60,871 nt of DNA from an uncultured Syntrophales bacterium. GTDB taxonomy: Bacteria > Desulfobacterota > Syntrophia > Syntrophales > JACQWR01. Position numbers and translations under genes: made by a program. Positions 1 to 12,004 of this stretch are shown here, one piece after another (the first letter of the stretch is position 1; each line of letters begins with the position of its first letter). The DNA is taken from assembly GCA_964614365.1 (NCBI GenBank), contig CAZTLA010000001.1, positions 1-60,871 on the forward strand, in the 5' to 3' direction. The notes beneath the pieces are model-generated. The model did no database searches. It was not told where the DNA came from and worked only from the letters and a program-made list of their open reading frames with translations.

Positions 1-146
1 TGATCGCCGACGAGCAGCGTGGGTTTCATGGAGCCGGAAGGTATTTTGAAGGCCTGAATGACGAAGGCTCTGATGAAAAAGGCAATCACAATTGCGATTG
101 CGATCGCTTCAGCGTACTCCCGGATTTTTGATTTTGGTTGAGTCAT
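1..146 (-). CDS. lepB: Signal peptidase I, N-terminal fragment; the gene runs off the left edge of the window
   Basis: Reverse translation from the ATG at 144-146 gives MTQPKSKIREYAEAIAIAIVIAFFIRAFVIQAFKIPSGSMKPTLLVGD. This is a TM anchor followed by the IPSGSM.PTL..GD box that holds the catalytic Ser of type I signal peptidases. Confidence 0.85.
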   Translation of the reverse strand, partial: MTQPKSKIREYAEAIAIAIVIAFFIRAFVIQAFKIPSGSMKPTLLVGD

Positions 147-156
147 AGTTGATCCT

Positions 157-669
157 TTAGGAATATATAGTTAAAAGCGTGGCGATTACCATTGCCAGGG
201 CGGAAAATCCCTTCACGAAGACACTCGCCATGCCCATGAAAACAGACCGGGAACTTGCCCTGAACGCCGGTTTCAGCCTGTTTTGCCGCAGTATTTCCAC
301 TGCCAGGACACCGCAGAAACCTCCCAGGAAGACCCCGCTTATCGTTCCCAGGCCGAAGAGAACCGGCGTCAACAGTATTCCTCCCAGCAAGGCGCCTGCG
401 GCGGCGGCATACAGGTTATTCTTCGACGGGATGAACCGTGCGGCCCCGGCCATTCCCAGCGCAAAGTCGAGAGCCTCCGCGAGGAGGGTGATAACGAACA
501 TGATGAATATGAGCTTGATGCCGATACGGTAAAAGCCCGTGATGAAGGCATACAGAAGCACATCGAGGAAAATAACGATCGTTCCCGGCAGCCCGAAGAT
601 GGTGGAAAAAATGCCGGTAAACAGTACGAGGATAAAAACGGTCAATCCTGCAACTTCGAGCGGGGACAA
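157..669 (-). CDS. Small polytopic membrane protein, DUF456-like
   Basis: The 226-aa ORF overlaps secF at its 5' end. The likely start is the TTG at 669, preceded by AGAGGAAG and lying 5 nt after the secF stop. The product is hydrophobic throughout (GLPGTIVIFLDVLLYAFITGF..., GGILLTPVLFGLGTISGVFLGGF). Confidence 0.5.
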   Translation of the reverse strand: MSPLEVAGLTVFILVLFTGIFSTIFGLPGTIVIFLDVLLYAFITGFYRIGIKLIFIMFVITLLAEALDFALGMAGAARFIPSKNNLYAAAAGALLGGILLTPVLFGLGTISGVFLGGFCGVLAVEILRQNRLKPAFRASSRSVFMGMASVFVKGFSALAMVIATLLTIYS

Positions 670-673
670 TGCA

Positions 674-1582
674 TTACTTCCTCTTGATTTTTGAAGGCTT
701 GTAATTTTCCCAGGCCAGCACAATGGGGCTTGCGATGAATACGGATGAATAGGCGCCCACAACCACACCCACGAGCATCGCAAAGGCAAAACCATGGAGA
801 ACCTCGCCGCCGAGAAAGAACAGCACCAGGACAACAATGAATACGGTCAACGCGGTCAGGATGGTCCTGCTCAGCGTCTGGTTGATGCTTTCATTAATGA
901 CCTCTCCCAGCGACTTCCGAATGTTCTTTCTGGCCGTTTCGCGGATGCGGTCGAAAACGACGATCGTGTCGTTGATGGAATAGCCGATAATCGTGAGCAG
1001 CGCGGCGACGATCGTCAGGTCGAATTCCTTATTAAATAAAGAAAGCGCTCCTACGGTAATGATCGTATCGTGGATCAGGGCAAGGATACCGGCGACGGCG
1101 TAGCGGAACTCGAACCGCCAGGTAATATAAATCAGCATTCCGATCCAGGAAAAGATAATGGCGGAGAGCGCCTTGTTGGTAAGGTCCTTCCCGACTTTTG
1201 GTCCGACAAATTCCACTTTTCTGATTTCAAAGGCGCCTTTCCCGAAGGCCGTATTCAGCGCATTTTCAACTTCCCTGGAGAGGTCCTTCAGGTTAATTGT
1301 GGAACCTGACGCCCTGATAACAACCTCTTTATTGCCGAGCTCTTGAATAATGCTGTTTTCCAGGTGGATGGGCTTGAGCGCATGCCTGATGAGATCAACG
1401 GGCATTTCCTTCTGATATTTGATCTGCACCACGGCGCCGCCGACAAATTCTATTCCCAGGTTGAGGCCGCCATGGAGGACAACCGATACGAGGCTGAAAA
1501 GGATCATGGCGATAGAACAGGAAAAAACAATTTTCATCATGCCGACAAAATTGATGTCTGTATTCGGTTTGATTAATTCCAT
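674..1582 (-). CDS. secF: Protein translocase subunit SecF
   Basis: 302 aa. The N-terminus is INFVGMMKI...GLNLGIEFVGG. The C-terminal TM bundle carries YSINDTIVVFDRIRE. It lies directly downstream of secD. Confidence 0.95.
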   Translation of the reverse strand: MELIKPNTDINFVGMMKIVFSCSIAMILFSLVSVVLHGGLNLGIEFVGGAVVQIKYQKEMPVDLIRHALKPIHLENSIIQELGNKEVVIRASGSTINLKDLSREVENALNTAFGKGAFEIRKVEFVGPKVGKDLTNKALSAIIFSWIGMLIYITWRFEFRYAVAGILALIHDTIITVGALSLFNKEFDLTIVAALLTIIGYSINDTIVVFDRIRETARKNIRKSLGEVINESINQTLSRTILTALTVFIVVLVLFFLGGEVLHGFAFAMLVGVVVGAYSSVFIASPIVLAWENYKPSKIKRK

Positions 1583-1646
1583 TCAGGTCTCCCTCAGTAA
1601 AGATTTCGGCGCCATGCCGTCCGCAGGGCGCCGGGGCAACGGTTCA

Positions 1647-3251
1647 TTATACGCTGACGCGTTGGATTCTCTTGTGCCAGATAAAATAATCGAAAATTAT
1701 TCTGGTCACAAAGATTGCCGTGAACATGCTGACGACAATGCCGACCGTGAGCGTGACGGCAAAACCCTTGATCGGGCCCGTCCCGAACTGAAAGAGGAAC
1801 AGGGCGGCAATCAGGGTCGTCACGTTGGAGTCAACAATCGTAATAAAGGCCTTGTCATATCCGCCATCTATGGCCGCACGCGGCGTTTTCCCGCCCCGCA
1901 GTTCTTCTCTGATTCGTTCAAATATCAGAACATTTGCGTCCACGGCCATGCCGATCGTAAGCACGATTCCGGCAATGCCGGGCAGGGTCAGGGTGGCGTG
2001 AAAAGCCGCCAGCACGCCCAGGAGTATTACCAGATTTAACATCAGGGCAAAATTGGCGATGATGCCGGAGAGCTTATAATACACCAGCATGAAGACGACA
2101 ACCAAAAGCCCCCCGATAACGGTTGACCAGATGCCCATGCGAATGGAGTCAAGTCCCAGAGACGGTCCAACCGTTCTCTCCTCGATGATGTGCACCGGCG
2201 CGGGAAGCGCGCCCGCCCGAAGGACGATGGCCAGGTCTTTGGCTTCATCCATCGTAAAGGAACCGGATATCTGGGCCTGGCCGCCGGAGATTTTCTCCTG
2301 TATAACGGGCGCCGAATGGACCATTCCATCCAGGACGATGGCCATGCGTTTTTTCACGTTTTCGCCCGTTATTCGCTCGAAATCACTGGCCCCGTGGGCA
2401 TTGAATTTCAGCGCGACGTACGGTTCGCTGAAGCGGTCGCCGATTTTAACCTGGGCGCTTTCCAGTGATTCCCCCGTAAGAAGGGTTTTGTTCTTAAGCA
2501 GGTAAGCGGCACTGCCGCGCCTTCCCGATTCCCGGTCGGCGCTGCTGGATCCCTGCGCCAGGGCACTGCCATCCGGAACATTGCCTTTGAGAGCGTCCTC
2601 CACGCTGTGTTCTTCATCCAACATCTTGAATTCCAGAAGCGCCGTCTTGCCGATCAGATTCTTTGCCCGCTCCGTGTCCTTGATGCCGGGGAGCTGAATA
2701 ATGATGCGGTCCTCGCCTTCGGGGACGATTTCCGGTTCCGCGATGCCGAACTGGTCCACTCGGTTGCGGATTGTTTCCAGGCTCTGTTCCACCGCGAGCT
2801 TCATTATTTCACGGGCCCGTTTTTCCTTTATTTTGAGAATCACCGTTTCCCGAGCCTCAAGGGTTTGCGAAGATGCGATTTCCAGGTCCGGGTACTGGTC
2901 CCGGAGGATTTTTTCAAACCCGCTTTTTGCGGCGCTTTCGGGAAACTCAAGAGCTATGGTCTTGGCGTCGCTCCGTTCCGGGCGCCGGAAGCGAACCTTT
3001 TCCTTCATCAGGGTTTCCTTCAGGTCGTTGGACATCCTTTCCAGCGTGCTTTCCACGGCTTTTTCCGCCTGCACTTCCAGGACAAGATGCATCCCTCCTT
3101 GCAGATCGAGACCCAGGCGGATTTTATCCTTGGGGAGATATTTCTCCCACAGGACAGGAAGATTATCCGTGAGGGACGGCAGCAGGAAGAACAAACCCGC
3201 CAGAGAGGCGATCAGTGCCACGGTCGCCCTGATTTTGATGCCTTTAAACAT
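1647..3251 (-). CDS. secD: Protein translocase subunit SecD
   Basis: 534 aa. Contains LGLDLQGGMHLVLEV, a large periplasmic domain, and a C-terminal TM bundle with GMAVDANVLIFERIREE. Confidence 0.95.
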   Translation of the reverse strand: MFKGIKIRATVALIASLAGLFFLLPSLTDNLPVLWEKYLPKDKIRLGLDLQGGMHLVLEVQAEKAVESTLERMSNDLKETLMKEKVRFRRPERSDAKTIALEFPESAAKSGFEKILRDQYPDLEIASSQTLEARETVILKIKEKRAREIMKLAVEQSLETIRNRVDQFGIAEPEIVPEGEDRIIIQLPGIKDTERAKNLIGKTALLEFKMLDEEHSVEDALKGNVPDGSALAQGSSSADRESGRRGSAAYLLKNKTLLTGESLESAQVKIGDRFSEPYVALKFNAHGASDFERITGENVKKRMAIVLDGMVHSAPVIQEKISGGQAQISGSFTMDEAKDLAIVLRAGALPAPVHIIEERTVGPSLGLDSIRMGIWSTVIGGLLVVVFMLVYYKLSGIIANFALMLNLVILLGVLAAFHATLTLPGIAGIVLTIGMAVDANVLIFERIREELRGGKTPRAAIDGGYDKAFITIVDSNVTTLIAALFLFQFGTGPIKGFAVTLTVGIVVSMFTAIFVTRIIFDYFIWHKRIQRVSV

Positions 3252-3262
3252 GGATGACCTCG

Positions 3263-3592
3263 CTATTCTTTTCCTGCTTTTTGAAGGACGGTGACGATGA
3301 AATTCCTCGCCACCTTAACCCGCACCTTTTCTGCGATTTCGAGGGTGACGACCGTGTCGGTAAGCCCCGTGATCTTTCCCTGGATGCCGCCCGAGGTAAT
3401 CACCGTGTCACCGTACGTAAGGTTGGCGATCATATCCTTTACCTCTTTCTGTTTCTTTTGCTGCGGTCTGATCAGGAGAAAATAGAATATGGCAAAAAGA
3501 ACGGCCATCATGATCAGGAAGCTAACGTCCACTCCGCCGGGCCCGGTTCCGCCCCCCGGGGGGGCGCCCAGTGCATATGCTGAATTTATCAA
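3263..3592 (-). CDS. yajC: Preprotein translocase subunit YajC
   Basis: 109 aa. Contains FYFLLIRPQQKKQKE...GDTVITSGGIQGKI. It sits in the conserved tgt-yajC-secDF arrangement. Confidence 0.9.
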   Translation of the reverse strand: MINSAYALGAPPGGGTGPGGVDVSFLIMMAVLFAIFYFLLIRPQQKKQKEVKDMIANLTYGDTVITSGGIQGKITGLTDTVVTLEIAEKVRVKVARNFIVTVLQKAGKE

Positions 3593-3646
3593 TTTTGTGT
3601 CCTCCTTATAGTTATGTGCGATGGTGCTGTGTTATGAATGAATGTC

Positions 3647-5804
<2,158 letters not shown>

Positions 5805-5971
5805 TATTGCACGAAAACCAAAGCCCTTCCTTCCAACCTTCCGGAGGCGGCACATAATCAGAAACAGCAGCCGAAGTCAATAGATAATAGGTATTTTCTG
5901 GAAAGGTCGCTGCTGTCGCGGATTCCTCGTCCAGACCGACTTCACGACGATGCTTCTGTCGCAATCCCTTC

Positions 5972-7471
5972 TTAATTCCCGTGCCGGAAAAGTTCTGCAG
6001 AGCGATGAGCAGCGTTTCGGGCGACTGGATGTCGAGATGGTTGGTCGGCTCGTCGAGGATGAGCAGGTTGATCGGCTGCACCAGCATCGTCGCCAGCGCC
6101 ACCCTGCTCTTTTCCCCGCCCGACAGGTTGTCGATCCGTTTGTAGATATCGTCCCCCCTGAAACAGAAAGGCGGCACAGAGGTTGCGCAGGGTGCCGAGA
6201 TGCGCCTCCGGCATCGCATCCTGCACGGTGTCGAGCACGGTCTCCCGGGGATCGAGGATATCCAGGGCATGCTGGCTGAAATAGCCGGGATAGACGTTGG
6301 CCCCCAGGCCTAGGCTGCCGGTTGTCGGCTCCGCCCGGCCTGCCAGCACCTTCAGGAAAGTCGATTTGCCGGCGCCGTTGACACCGACCACGGCGATCTT
6401 CTCCCCGCGCCGGATCGTCCCGGTGATCCCGCCGAAGACCGATTTCGCGCCCCCGTCGGGACGGGGCCAGACCTTGCCCAGGCCGTCGAGCCTGATTACA
6501 TCATCACCGCTGCGCGGCGGTTCGGCAAACTCGAACCGGATGGACCGCTGCTCTGAAGGGATCTCGATCCGCTCAATCTTGGCGATCTTCTTGACCCGCG
6601 ACTGCACCTGGGAGGCATGGGATGCCCGCGCCGCGAAGCGGGCGATGAACTCCTCTTCCTTGGCGAGCATCTCCTGCTGGCGGCGGTGGCCGGCCAGAAG
6701 CTGCTCGCACCGGATTTCCCGTTCCCGGAGGTAGAAGTCGTAGTTGCCGCTGTAGACGGTGATCGTGCGGTTCGCCACCTCGACGATGCGGTTCACCACG
6801 CGGTTCATGAATTCGCGGTCATGGCTGGTCATCAGAAGCGCGCCCTTGAACGAGCCTGCGAGCCATTCTTCGAGCCAGATGATCGATTCCACGTCCAAAT
6901 GGTTGGTTGGTTCATCGAGGAGGAGCACATCGGGCGAGATCGACAGGATCTTGGCCAGGGCAATGCGCATCTTCCAGCCTCCGCTGAAGGCTTCCACGGG
7001 GTGGTGATACTCATCGGACCCGATGCCCAGGCCCGTCAGGATGGTCTGCGCGCGGCTCTCCAGATCGTAGCCGCCGCGATGTTCGAATTCTGCCCGGATC
7101 GCGCCGTAGCGCGTGAGCAGATTCGCCAGATCCTCATCGGGGAGCGGCTCGCACATGGCCGCTTCCATTTCTTGAATCTGCCGGCCGGGCTCCATGACGG
7201 ACTCGGAGGCGGACATGACCTCCGCGAGCGCCGAGCGGCCGGACATGGCGCCCACGTCCTGGGAAAAATAGCCGCACACGATATTGCGCGCCTTCGTGAT
7301 CTCTCCGGCATCGAACTCCTCCTCGCCCACGATCAGACGGAAGATGCTTGTTTTGCCCGCGCCGTTGGGCCCAACCAGGCCGCTGCGGCTGCCGGGCAGG
7401 ATCTGGAAACTGGCATCCCGAAACAGGACTTGCGGACCGTACTGTTTGCTGATGCCGCTGAAATGAATCAT
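5972..7471 (-). pseudogene. ABC-F family ATPase, frameshifted in a G6 run and truncated after the second Walker B
   Basis: NBD1 is intact ([31 protein letters not shown]), as is the NBD2 Walker A (VGVNGAGKST). The NBD2 signature and Walker B ([24 protein letters not shown]) are readable only in the other frame (ORF 5686-6270). After ...ALQNFSGT the expected ..VSHDR.. segment is missing. Confidence 0.7.
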
Positions 7472-7915
7472 AGCGAGTGAACCCCTTATTGAAGGGGCGG
7501 AGAGCTACCATATCCGGGATAAGGCTGCAAGAATAATTGAAGACAGCGAGTTCATCTTTACTTGCGATTTGGAATAAACAATGATAGGAAAGCCGTGACT
7601 TCCAAGATGCGCAGTACGCAAGACAACTGCTCTTTCCTCCAACGGAGAAGTCGTTTCATGAGCAACCTTTTTCATATGTTCCCTGTTCAGATGACGTAAC
7701 CGGGAAACTCAGATGACTCGTTAACACAGCTTCAATCGATCAGATCCGCCGGGGCATGTCTTTACCGCGAAGATGCCAGAGAATGATTTACCCGTTCACC
7801 GGCGGCGCATCGATCATCATACCGTGAACAAAAGAAGGGAGGTGCGCGAGAAGCAAGGTGCTTGGGTGGTTTTATTAACCTCATTACACTGATCAAAGCA
7901 ACGGAGGGGTTGAAT

Positions 7916-8893
7916 ATGAAAAAAAGCATTATTTTATTATGTTCCTTATTCATGCTGTTTGCGTTCACGGCGGATACTGCCGCCGCGGCCTATCCGACAA
8001 AACCGGTAGTCCTCATAACCCACTCCAGTCCCGGCGCAGGGGGAGATATATTTCTGCGCAACCTGACGAAGCATCTGGAACCGTACCTGGGAGGAGCTTC
8101 GCTGGTGGTGGAAAACAAGGCGGGCGGCGGCGGGGCGATAGCGCTGAACGCCGTCGTTACTGCCAGACCGGATGGCTATACCCTCCTGGGAGTTACCCCT
8201 ACCTATCTGCAGACCCCGCTTCTGGGCAAGACCGCTCGGAATTACCGGGACACGACGGCCGTAGCCCGTGTCTTTATTGATCCCATGATTCTCTATGTGA
8301 AATACGACAGCCCTTTCAAAAGTGCAAAAGAGATTATCGAAAACGCCAGGAAAAATCCCGGCAAGCAGCGCTGGGGAGGGGCCACACCGGGTTCCGTTGA
8401 GCACATGATCGGTCATCAGATACAGAAGGTCGCCAAGATAGAAGTAGTTCCGGTGACCTTCGAGGGGGGAGGAGACCTGTTAATAGCCGTCCTCGGCGGT
8501 CATGTGGATCTGGGAATCGGAGAGCCGGGGGAAGTGATGGGGCAGGTTGAAGCCAAGAAGCTGAGGATCCTGGCCAGCTTCACGGAAAAAAGGCTGACGC
8601 TGCTTCCCGACGTGCCGACCATGAAAGAGATCGGCAACAACGTGGTGGTGGAAAAGTTTCGCGGCATTGTGGGCCCCAAGGGACTCCCCGCCGAGGTGCT
8701 GACCTGGTGGGAGGGTAAAATCCAACAGGTGCTCAAAGACGCCAAGTACAAGAGTTACTACGAGTCCGTCAATCTGCTTCCGGCCTTTCTGGGGAGCAAG
8801 GATTATACGGCCAACGTTGAGAAGGAAAACGTGCGCTTGGCGGAGTATTTGAAGGAAATAGGGTTGTTGAAAGAGTATCAGGAGAAAAAATAA
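7916..8893 (+). CDS. tctC: Tripartite tricarboxylate transporter (TTT) substrate-binding protein, TctC/Bug family
   Basis: Has a signal peptide (MKKSIILLCSLFMLFAFTADTAAA), then YPTKPVVLI...GGDIFLR...VVENKAGGGGAIA...RPDGYTL. The start ATG at 7916 follows GGAGGGG. It lies upstream of tctB and tctA. Confidence 0.85.
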   Translation: MKKSIILLCSLFMLFAFTADTAAAAYPTKPVVLITHSSPGAGGDIFLRNLTKHLEPYLGGASLVVENKAGGGGAIALNAVVTARPDGYTLLGVTPTYLQTPLLGKTARNYRDTTAVARVFIDPMILYVKYDSPFKSAKEIIENARKNPGKQRWGGATPGSVEHMIGHQIQKVAKIEVVPVTFEGGGDLLIAVLGGHVDLGIGEPGEVMGQVEAKKLRILASFTEKRLTLLPDVPTMKEIGNNVVVEKFRGIVGPKGLPAEVLTWWEGKIQQVLKDAKYKSYYESVNLLPAFLGSKDYTANVEKENVRLAEYLKEIGLLKEYQEKK

Positions 8894-8961
8894 CCTGTTG
8901 CCGTCAGGCCCGGCGGGGAAGGCGAAGGACTTCTTCCCCGCCCGCCAAATCAAGGAGAAAG

Positions 8962-9471
8962 ATGATGAACTGGAGCAATATCATTATCGGGATCATTCTT
9001 CTCGTCTCTTCCACCTTTTATTATTTCTCGGCGGCGGAATTTCCCCCGCCCACCAAAACGGAGAATCTGGGCCCTGCCTTCTTCCCCACGCTCCTGGCGG
9101 CAACACTTGCCTTTCTTGCCCTTCTGCTGATACTGAGCAGCTTTCTTTCCCGCAGCTCCTCCGAGAAAGAACAAAATGAGGCGGCGGTTGACGGCGCCGA
9201 ACGCCTGGAAGAAGACTCCTTCAGCGCAGAGAACATTTCTCCTACGTTCCTTTTCGGCACCATATGCCTGTCTTTTCTTTACGTCGGCCTGCTTCCTGTC
9301 CTGGGGTACCTCATCAGCACCCCGCTTTTTCTCATCATCCTCATCAGGCTGTTAGGGTATGAAAAGTGGATCAATACGATCAGCGCCTCCATCGGCTTGT
9401 CGGCAACATTATATATCCTGTTTGCCGTCATCCTTGGCGTTAATCTGCCGGCGGGCATCTTTTTCAGTTAG
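8962..9471 (+). CDS. tctB: TTT small membrane subunit, TctB family
   Basis: 169-aa membrane protein with four hydrophobic segments, located between tctC and tctA. Contains the LGPAFFP motif. Confidence 0.75.
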   Translation: MMNWSNIIIGIILLVSSTFYYFSAAEFPPPTKTENLGPAFFPTLLAATLAFLALLLILSSFLSRSSSEKEQNEAAVDGAERLEEDSFSAENISPTFLFGTICLSFLYVGLLPVLGYLISTPLFLIILIRLLGYEKWINTISASIGLSATLYILFAVILGVNLPAGIFFS

Positions 9472-9497
9472 GTATCAGTTAGGCAAAGGAGGATACG

Positions 9498-10988
9498 ATG
9501 CTGAATAATTTCCTGTTGGGCGCCTCCATCGCCTTCGCTCCCATGAGTTTGCTGTTCATCCTTTTTGGCGTCTTGTGGGGTATATTAGGCGGAGCGCTTC
9601 CTGGAATTACCGGTTCCATCGCCATGGCCCTTCTTCTTCCCCTGACCTTCAGCATGGCGCCATCCATCGCCCTGATGATGCTGGCAGGCGTTTATATCGG
9701 CGCCATGTACGGCAGTTCCATTACGGCGATCCTGATCAGGACGCCCGGCGCGCCCGCCTCGGCGGTCACCGTTCTTGACGGCTACGAACTCCACAAGCAG
9801 GGGAAAAGCGGCGTCGCCTTGGGAATATCCCTCTATACCGGCACGATCGGCGGATTGATCAGCGTGGCAGTCCTGATTCTCATGTCCGTGCCGCTGGCCA
9901 ATTTTGCCCTTGCCTTCGGGCCGCCCGAGTATTTCGGGATGACCGTTTTCGGCCTCGCCATTATCTCCAGCCTGGCGGGGAAAAGCATGGTAAAGGGGTT
10001 AATTTCCGGCATTGTGGGACTGATCCTGGCCACCGTGGGCATGGATCCCTTTTCCGGAATACCCCGCTTTACCTACGGCTCGGAAGAGCTTCTGGGCGGC
10101 ATCGATCTGATTGCGGCCATGATCGGTCTCTTCGCCGTTTCCGAGGTCTTCGTGCAGGCCGCGGAAAAAGGCTCCTGGGCCAAGGTTGACGAGGGTTTTG
10201 CTGCCCGGCTTCCCACCTGGGCGGAACTGAAATCCACAACGCGCGCCACGACGCTGGGCACGATCATCGGCACCATCGTAGGGATCATGCCGGGCGCGGG
10301 CGGAACGATCGGGGCCTTTATTGCCTATAATGAAGGAAAACGCTGGTCAAAGACGCCGGAGCAGTTCGGCAAGGGTTCCCTGGAAGGCGTGGCCGCTCCC
10401 GAATCGGCCAATAACGCCGTAACGGGCGGCGCCATGGTGCCCCTTCTGGCCTTCGGCATCCCCGGCTCCAATGCGGCGGCGATCATGCTGGGCGCGCTGA
10501 TGCTTCAGGGATTGCGCCCCGGCCCGCTGCTGTTTCAAAACAATCCGGACATAGTCTACAGCCTCTTTGTGGGAATGATCATCGGCAATATCTTCATGCT
10601 CATTACCGGCTACATCTTCATCAAGCCCTGCATCAAGATCGTCAATATCGCCAAGCCGATCCTGATGGCCTCCATCATGGCCCTGGTTACGGTGGGCTGC
10701 TACGCGATTAACAACAACATCAACGACGTATGGGTCGCCCTTATCATGGGAGTGTTCGGCTATCTCATGAGAAAATATGATTTTTCGCCATCCGCTATGG
10801 TTCTGGCCATGATCCTGGGCTTTATGGTCGAAACCTCGCTCAGGCGTTCCCTCGTTATCTCTTACGGGAGCATCTCTTGTTTTTATACCCGGCCCATCGC
10901 CCTGTTTTTGATTATTCTGGCCCTTGTCACTCTTGTTTTCCCCATAATCAGGGCGATTCGCGACGACAGGAAGGGAAAAAACGCCTGA
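9498..10988 (+). CDS. tctA: TTT large permease, TctA family
   Basis: 496-aa polytopic protein. Contains GALPGITGS, RTPGAPASA, GIMPGAGGTIGAFIAY and AAPESANNA, which are typical TctA boxes. Confidence 0.9.
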   Translation: MLNNFLLGASIAFAPMSLLFILFGVLWGILGGALPGITGSIAMALLLPLTFSMAPSIALMMLAGVYIGAMYGSSITAILIRTPGAPASAVTVLDGYELHKQGKSGVALGISLYTGTIGGLISVAVLILMSVPLANFALAFGPPEYFGMTVFGLAIISSLAGKSMVKGLISGIVGLILATVGMDPFSGIPRFTYGSEELLGGIDLIAAMIGLFAVSEVFVQAAEKGSWAKVDEGFAARLPTWAELKSTTRATTLGTIIGTIVGIMPGAGGTIGAFIAYNEGKRWSKTPEQFGKGSLEGVAAPESANNAVTGGAMVPLLAFGIPGSNAAAIMLGALMLQGLRPGPLLFQNNPDIVYSLFVGMIIGNIFMLITGYIFIKPCIKIVNIAKPILMASIMALVTVGCYAINNNINDVWVALIMGVFGYLMRKYDFSPSAMVLAMILGFMVETSLRRSLVISYGSISCFYTRPIALFLIILALVTLVFPIIRAIRDDRKGKNA

Positions 10989-11012
10989 CGGCTTGACAAA
11001 GGAGACAAGACC

Positions 11013-11993
11013 ATGATGATTACCATGCAGATGGCGCGCACCGCACGCATGATGCTGGAAAATGTGGTGGCCCTGAAGAAGGGAGAGCAAGTCTTAATCC
11101 TGACCGATACGGAACGTCCGGGCAGCATTACGGAAGTCCTGGCAGTGATGGCGCATGCCCTCGGAGGAGAGGTGGTCGTGATGAACATGACGCCACGGGA
11201 GATGGGCGGCGTGGAGCCGCCCCCGGTTGCCGCTGCAGCCATGGCGGCGGCCCAGGTGATTATCAACCAGACATCCCATTCCCTCACCCACACGAATGCC
11301 CAGCGGGCGGCAATCAAGGCCGGCGCGCGGGTCTGCAATATCCGGGAATTTGACGAACAGATGATGATCGTAGGCGGAGTTACGGCGGATTATCGGGAGG
11401 TGAAGGCGCTTACAGAAAAACTTGCCGCCCTGCTCACGGCAGCGGAACGGGTAAGGATCACGACGCCGGAAGGCACGGATATTTCCTTCAGCATCAAAGG
11501 GCGTCCCTGTTATGTCCTGGCCGGATTTGCCACAGCGCCCGGAGAATTCTCCGGACTCCCCGACGGCGAAGCGGCAATGGCGCCGGTGGAGGGGACGAGC
11601 GAAGGGGTGATCCGCAACCCCTATCTGGTCGAAAAGGTGGGCGGCATTAAAGAACCCCTGGAAATCAGGATTAGGGGGGGGAAAGTCGCCGAGATCACAG
11701 GGGGCGCGGAGGCGCAGAGATTGAGGGATATCCTGGAGACGCGGGAAGAGGCGGCACGCAATATCGCCGCCGAATTCGCCTTCGGCACCAACCCGAAGTG
11801 CCTGCTCATCCCCAAATCGCGGGAGGTAAAAAAGAAACTGGGCACCTGCCATGTTGCCATGGGCGACAACCTGAGCCTGGGCGGTAGGGTTGATGCTTCC
11901 CTGCATCTCGACATTGTCATGCTGCGCCCCACGGTGCTGGTGGATGACCGCCCGGTGCTGCAGGAAGGAGAACTCACCCTGCAGCGGGAATGA
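11013..11993 (+). CDS. Peptidase M29 (aminopeptidase T)-like / NicX-like metalloprotein
   Basis: 326 aa. Contains GEQVLILTD..., RITTPEGTDISF, GLPDGEA..AP and a C-terminal CHVAMGDN. This resembles the M29-fold family. The substrate is unknown. Confidence 0.45.
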   Translation: MMITMQMARTARMMLENVVALKKGEQVLILTDTERPGSITEVLAVMAHALGGEVVVMNMTPREMGGVEPPPVAAAAMAAAQVIINQTSHSLTHTNAQRAAIKAGARVCNIREFDEQMMIVGGVTADYREVKALTEKLAALLTAAERVRITTPEGTDISFSIKGRPCYVLAGFATAPGEFSGLPDGEAAMAPVEGTSEGVIRNPYLVEKVGGIKEPLEIRIRGGKVAEITGGAEAQRLRDILETREEAARNIAAEFAFGTNPKCLLIPKSREVKKKLGTCHVAMGDNLSLGGRVDASLHLDIVMLRPTVLVDDRPVLQEGELTLQRE

Positions 11994-12004
11994 GGGGGAA
12001 CACC

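Noticed and set aside
7483-7498. A CCCCTT-attg-AAGGGG hairpin just upstream of the ABC-F start.
   Set aside because: The AAGGGG arm doubles as the probable SD of the ABC-F gene. The stem is short, and no flanking U-tract or repeat suggests a terminator or riboswitch.
7505-7675. A 56-codon minus-strand ORF (MKKVAHETTSPLEERAVV...) in the 440-nt gap between the ABC-F gene and tctC.
   Set aside because: It has no recognisable motif and only a weak SD. It is short enough to arise by chance, so I cannot support it from sequence alone.
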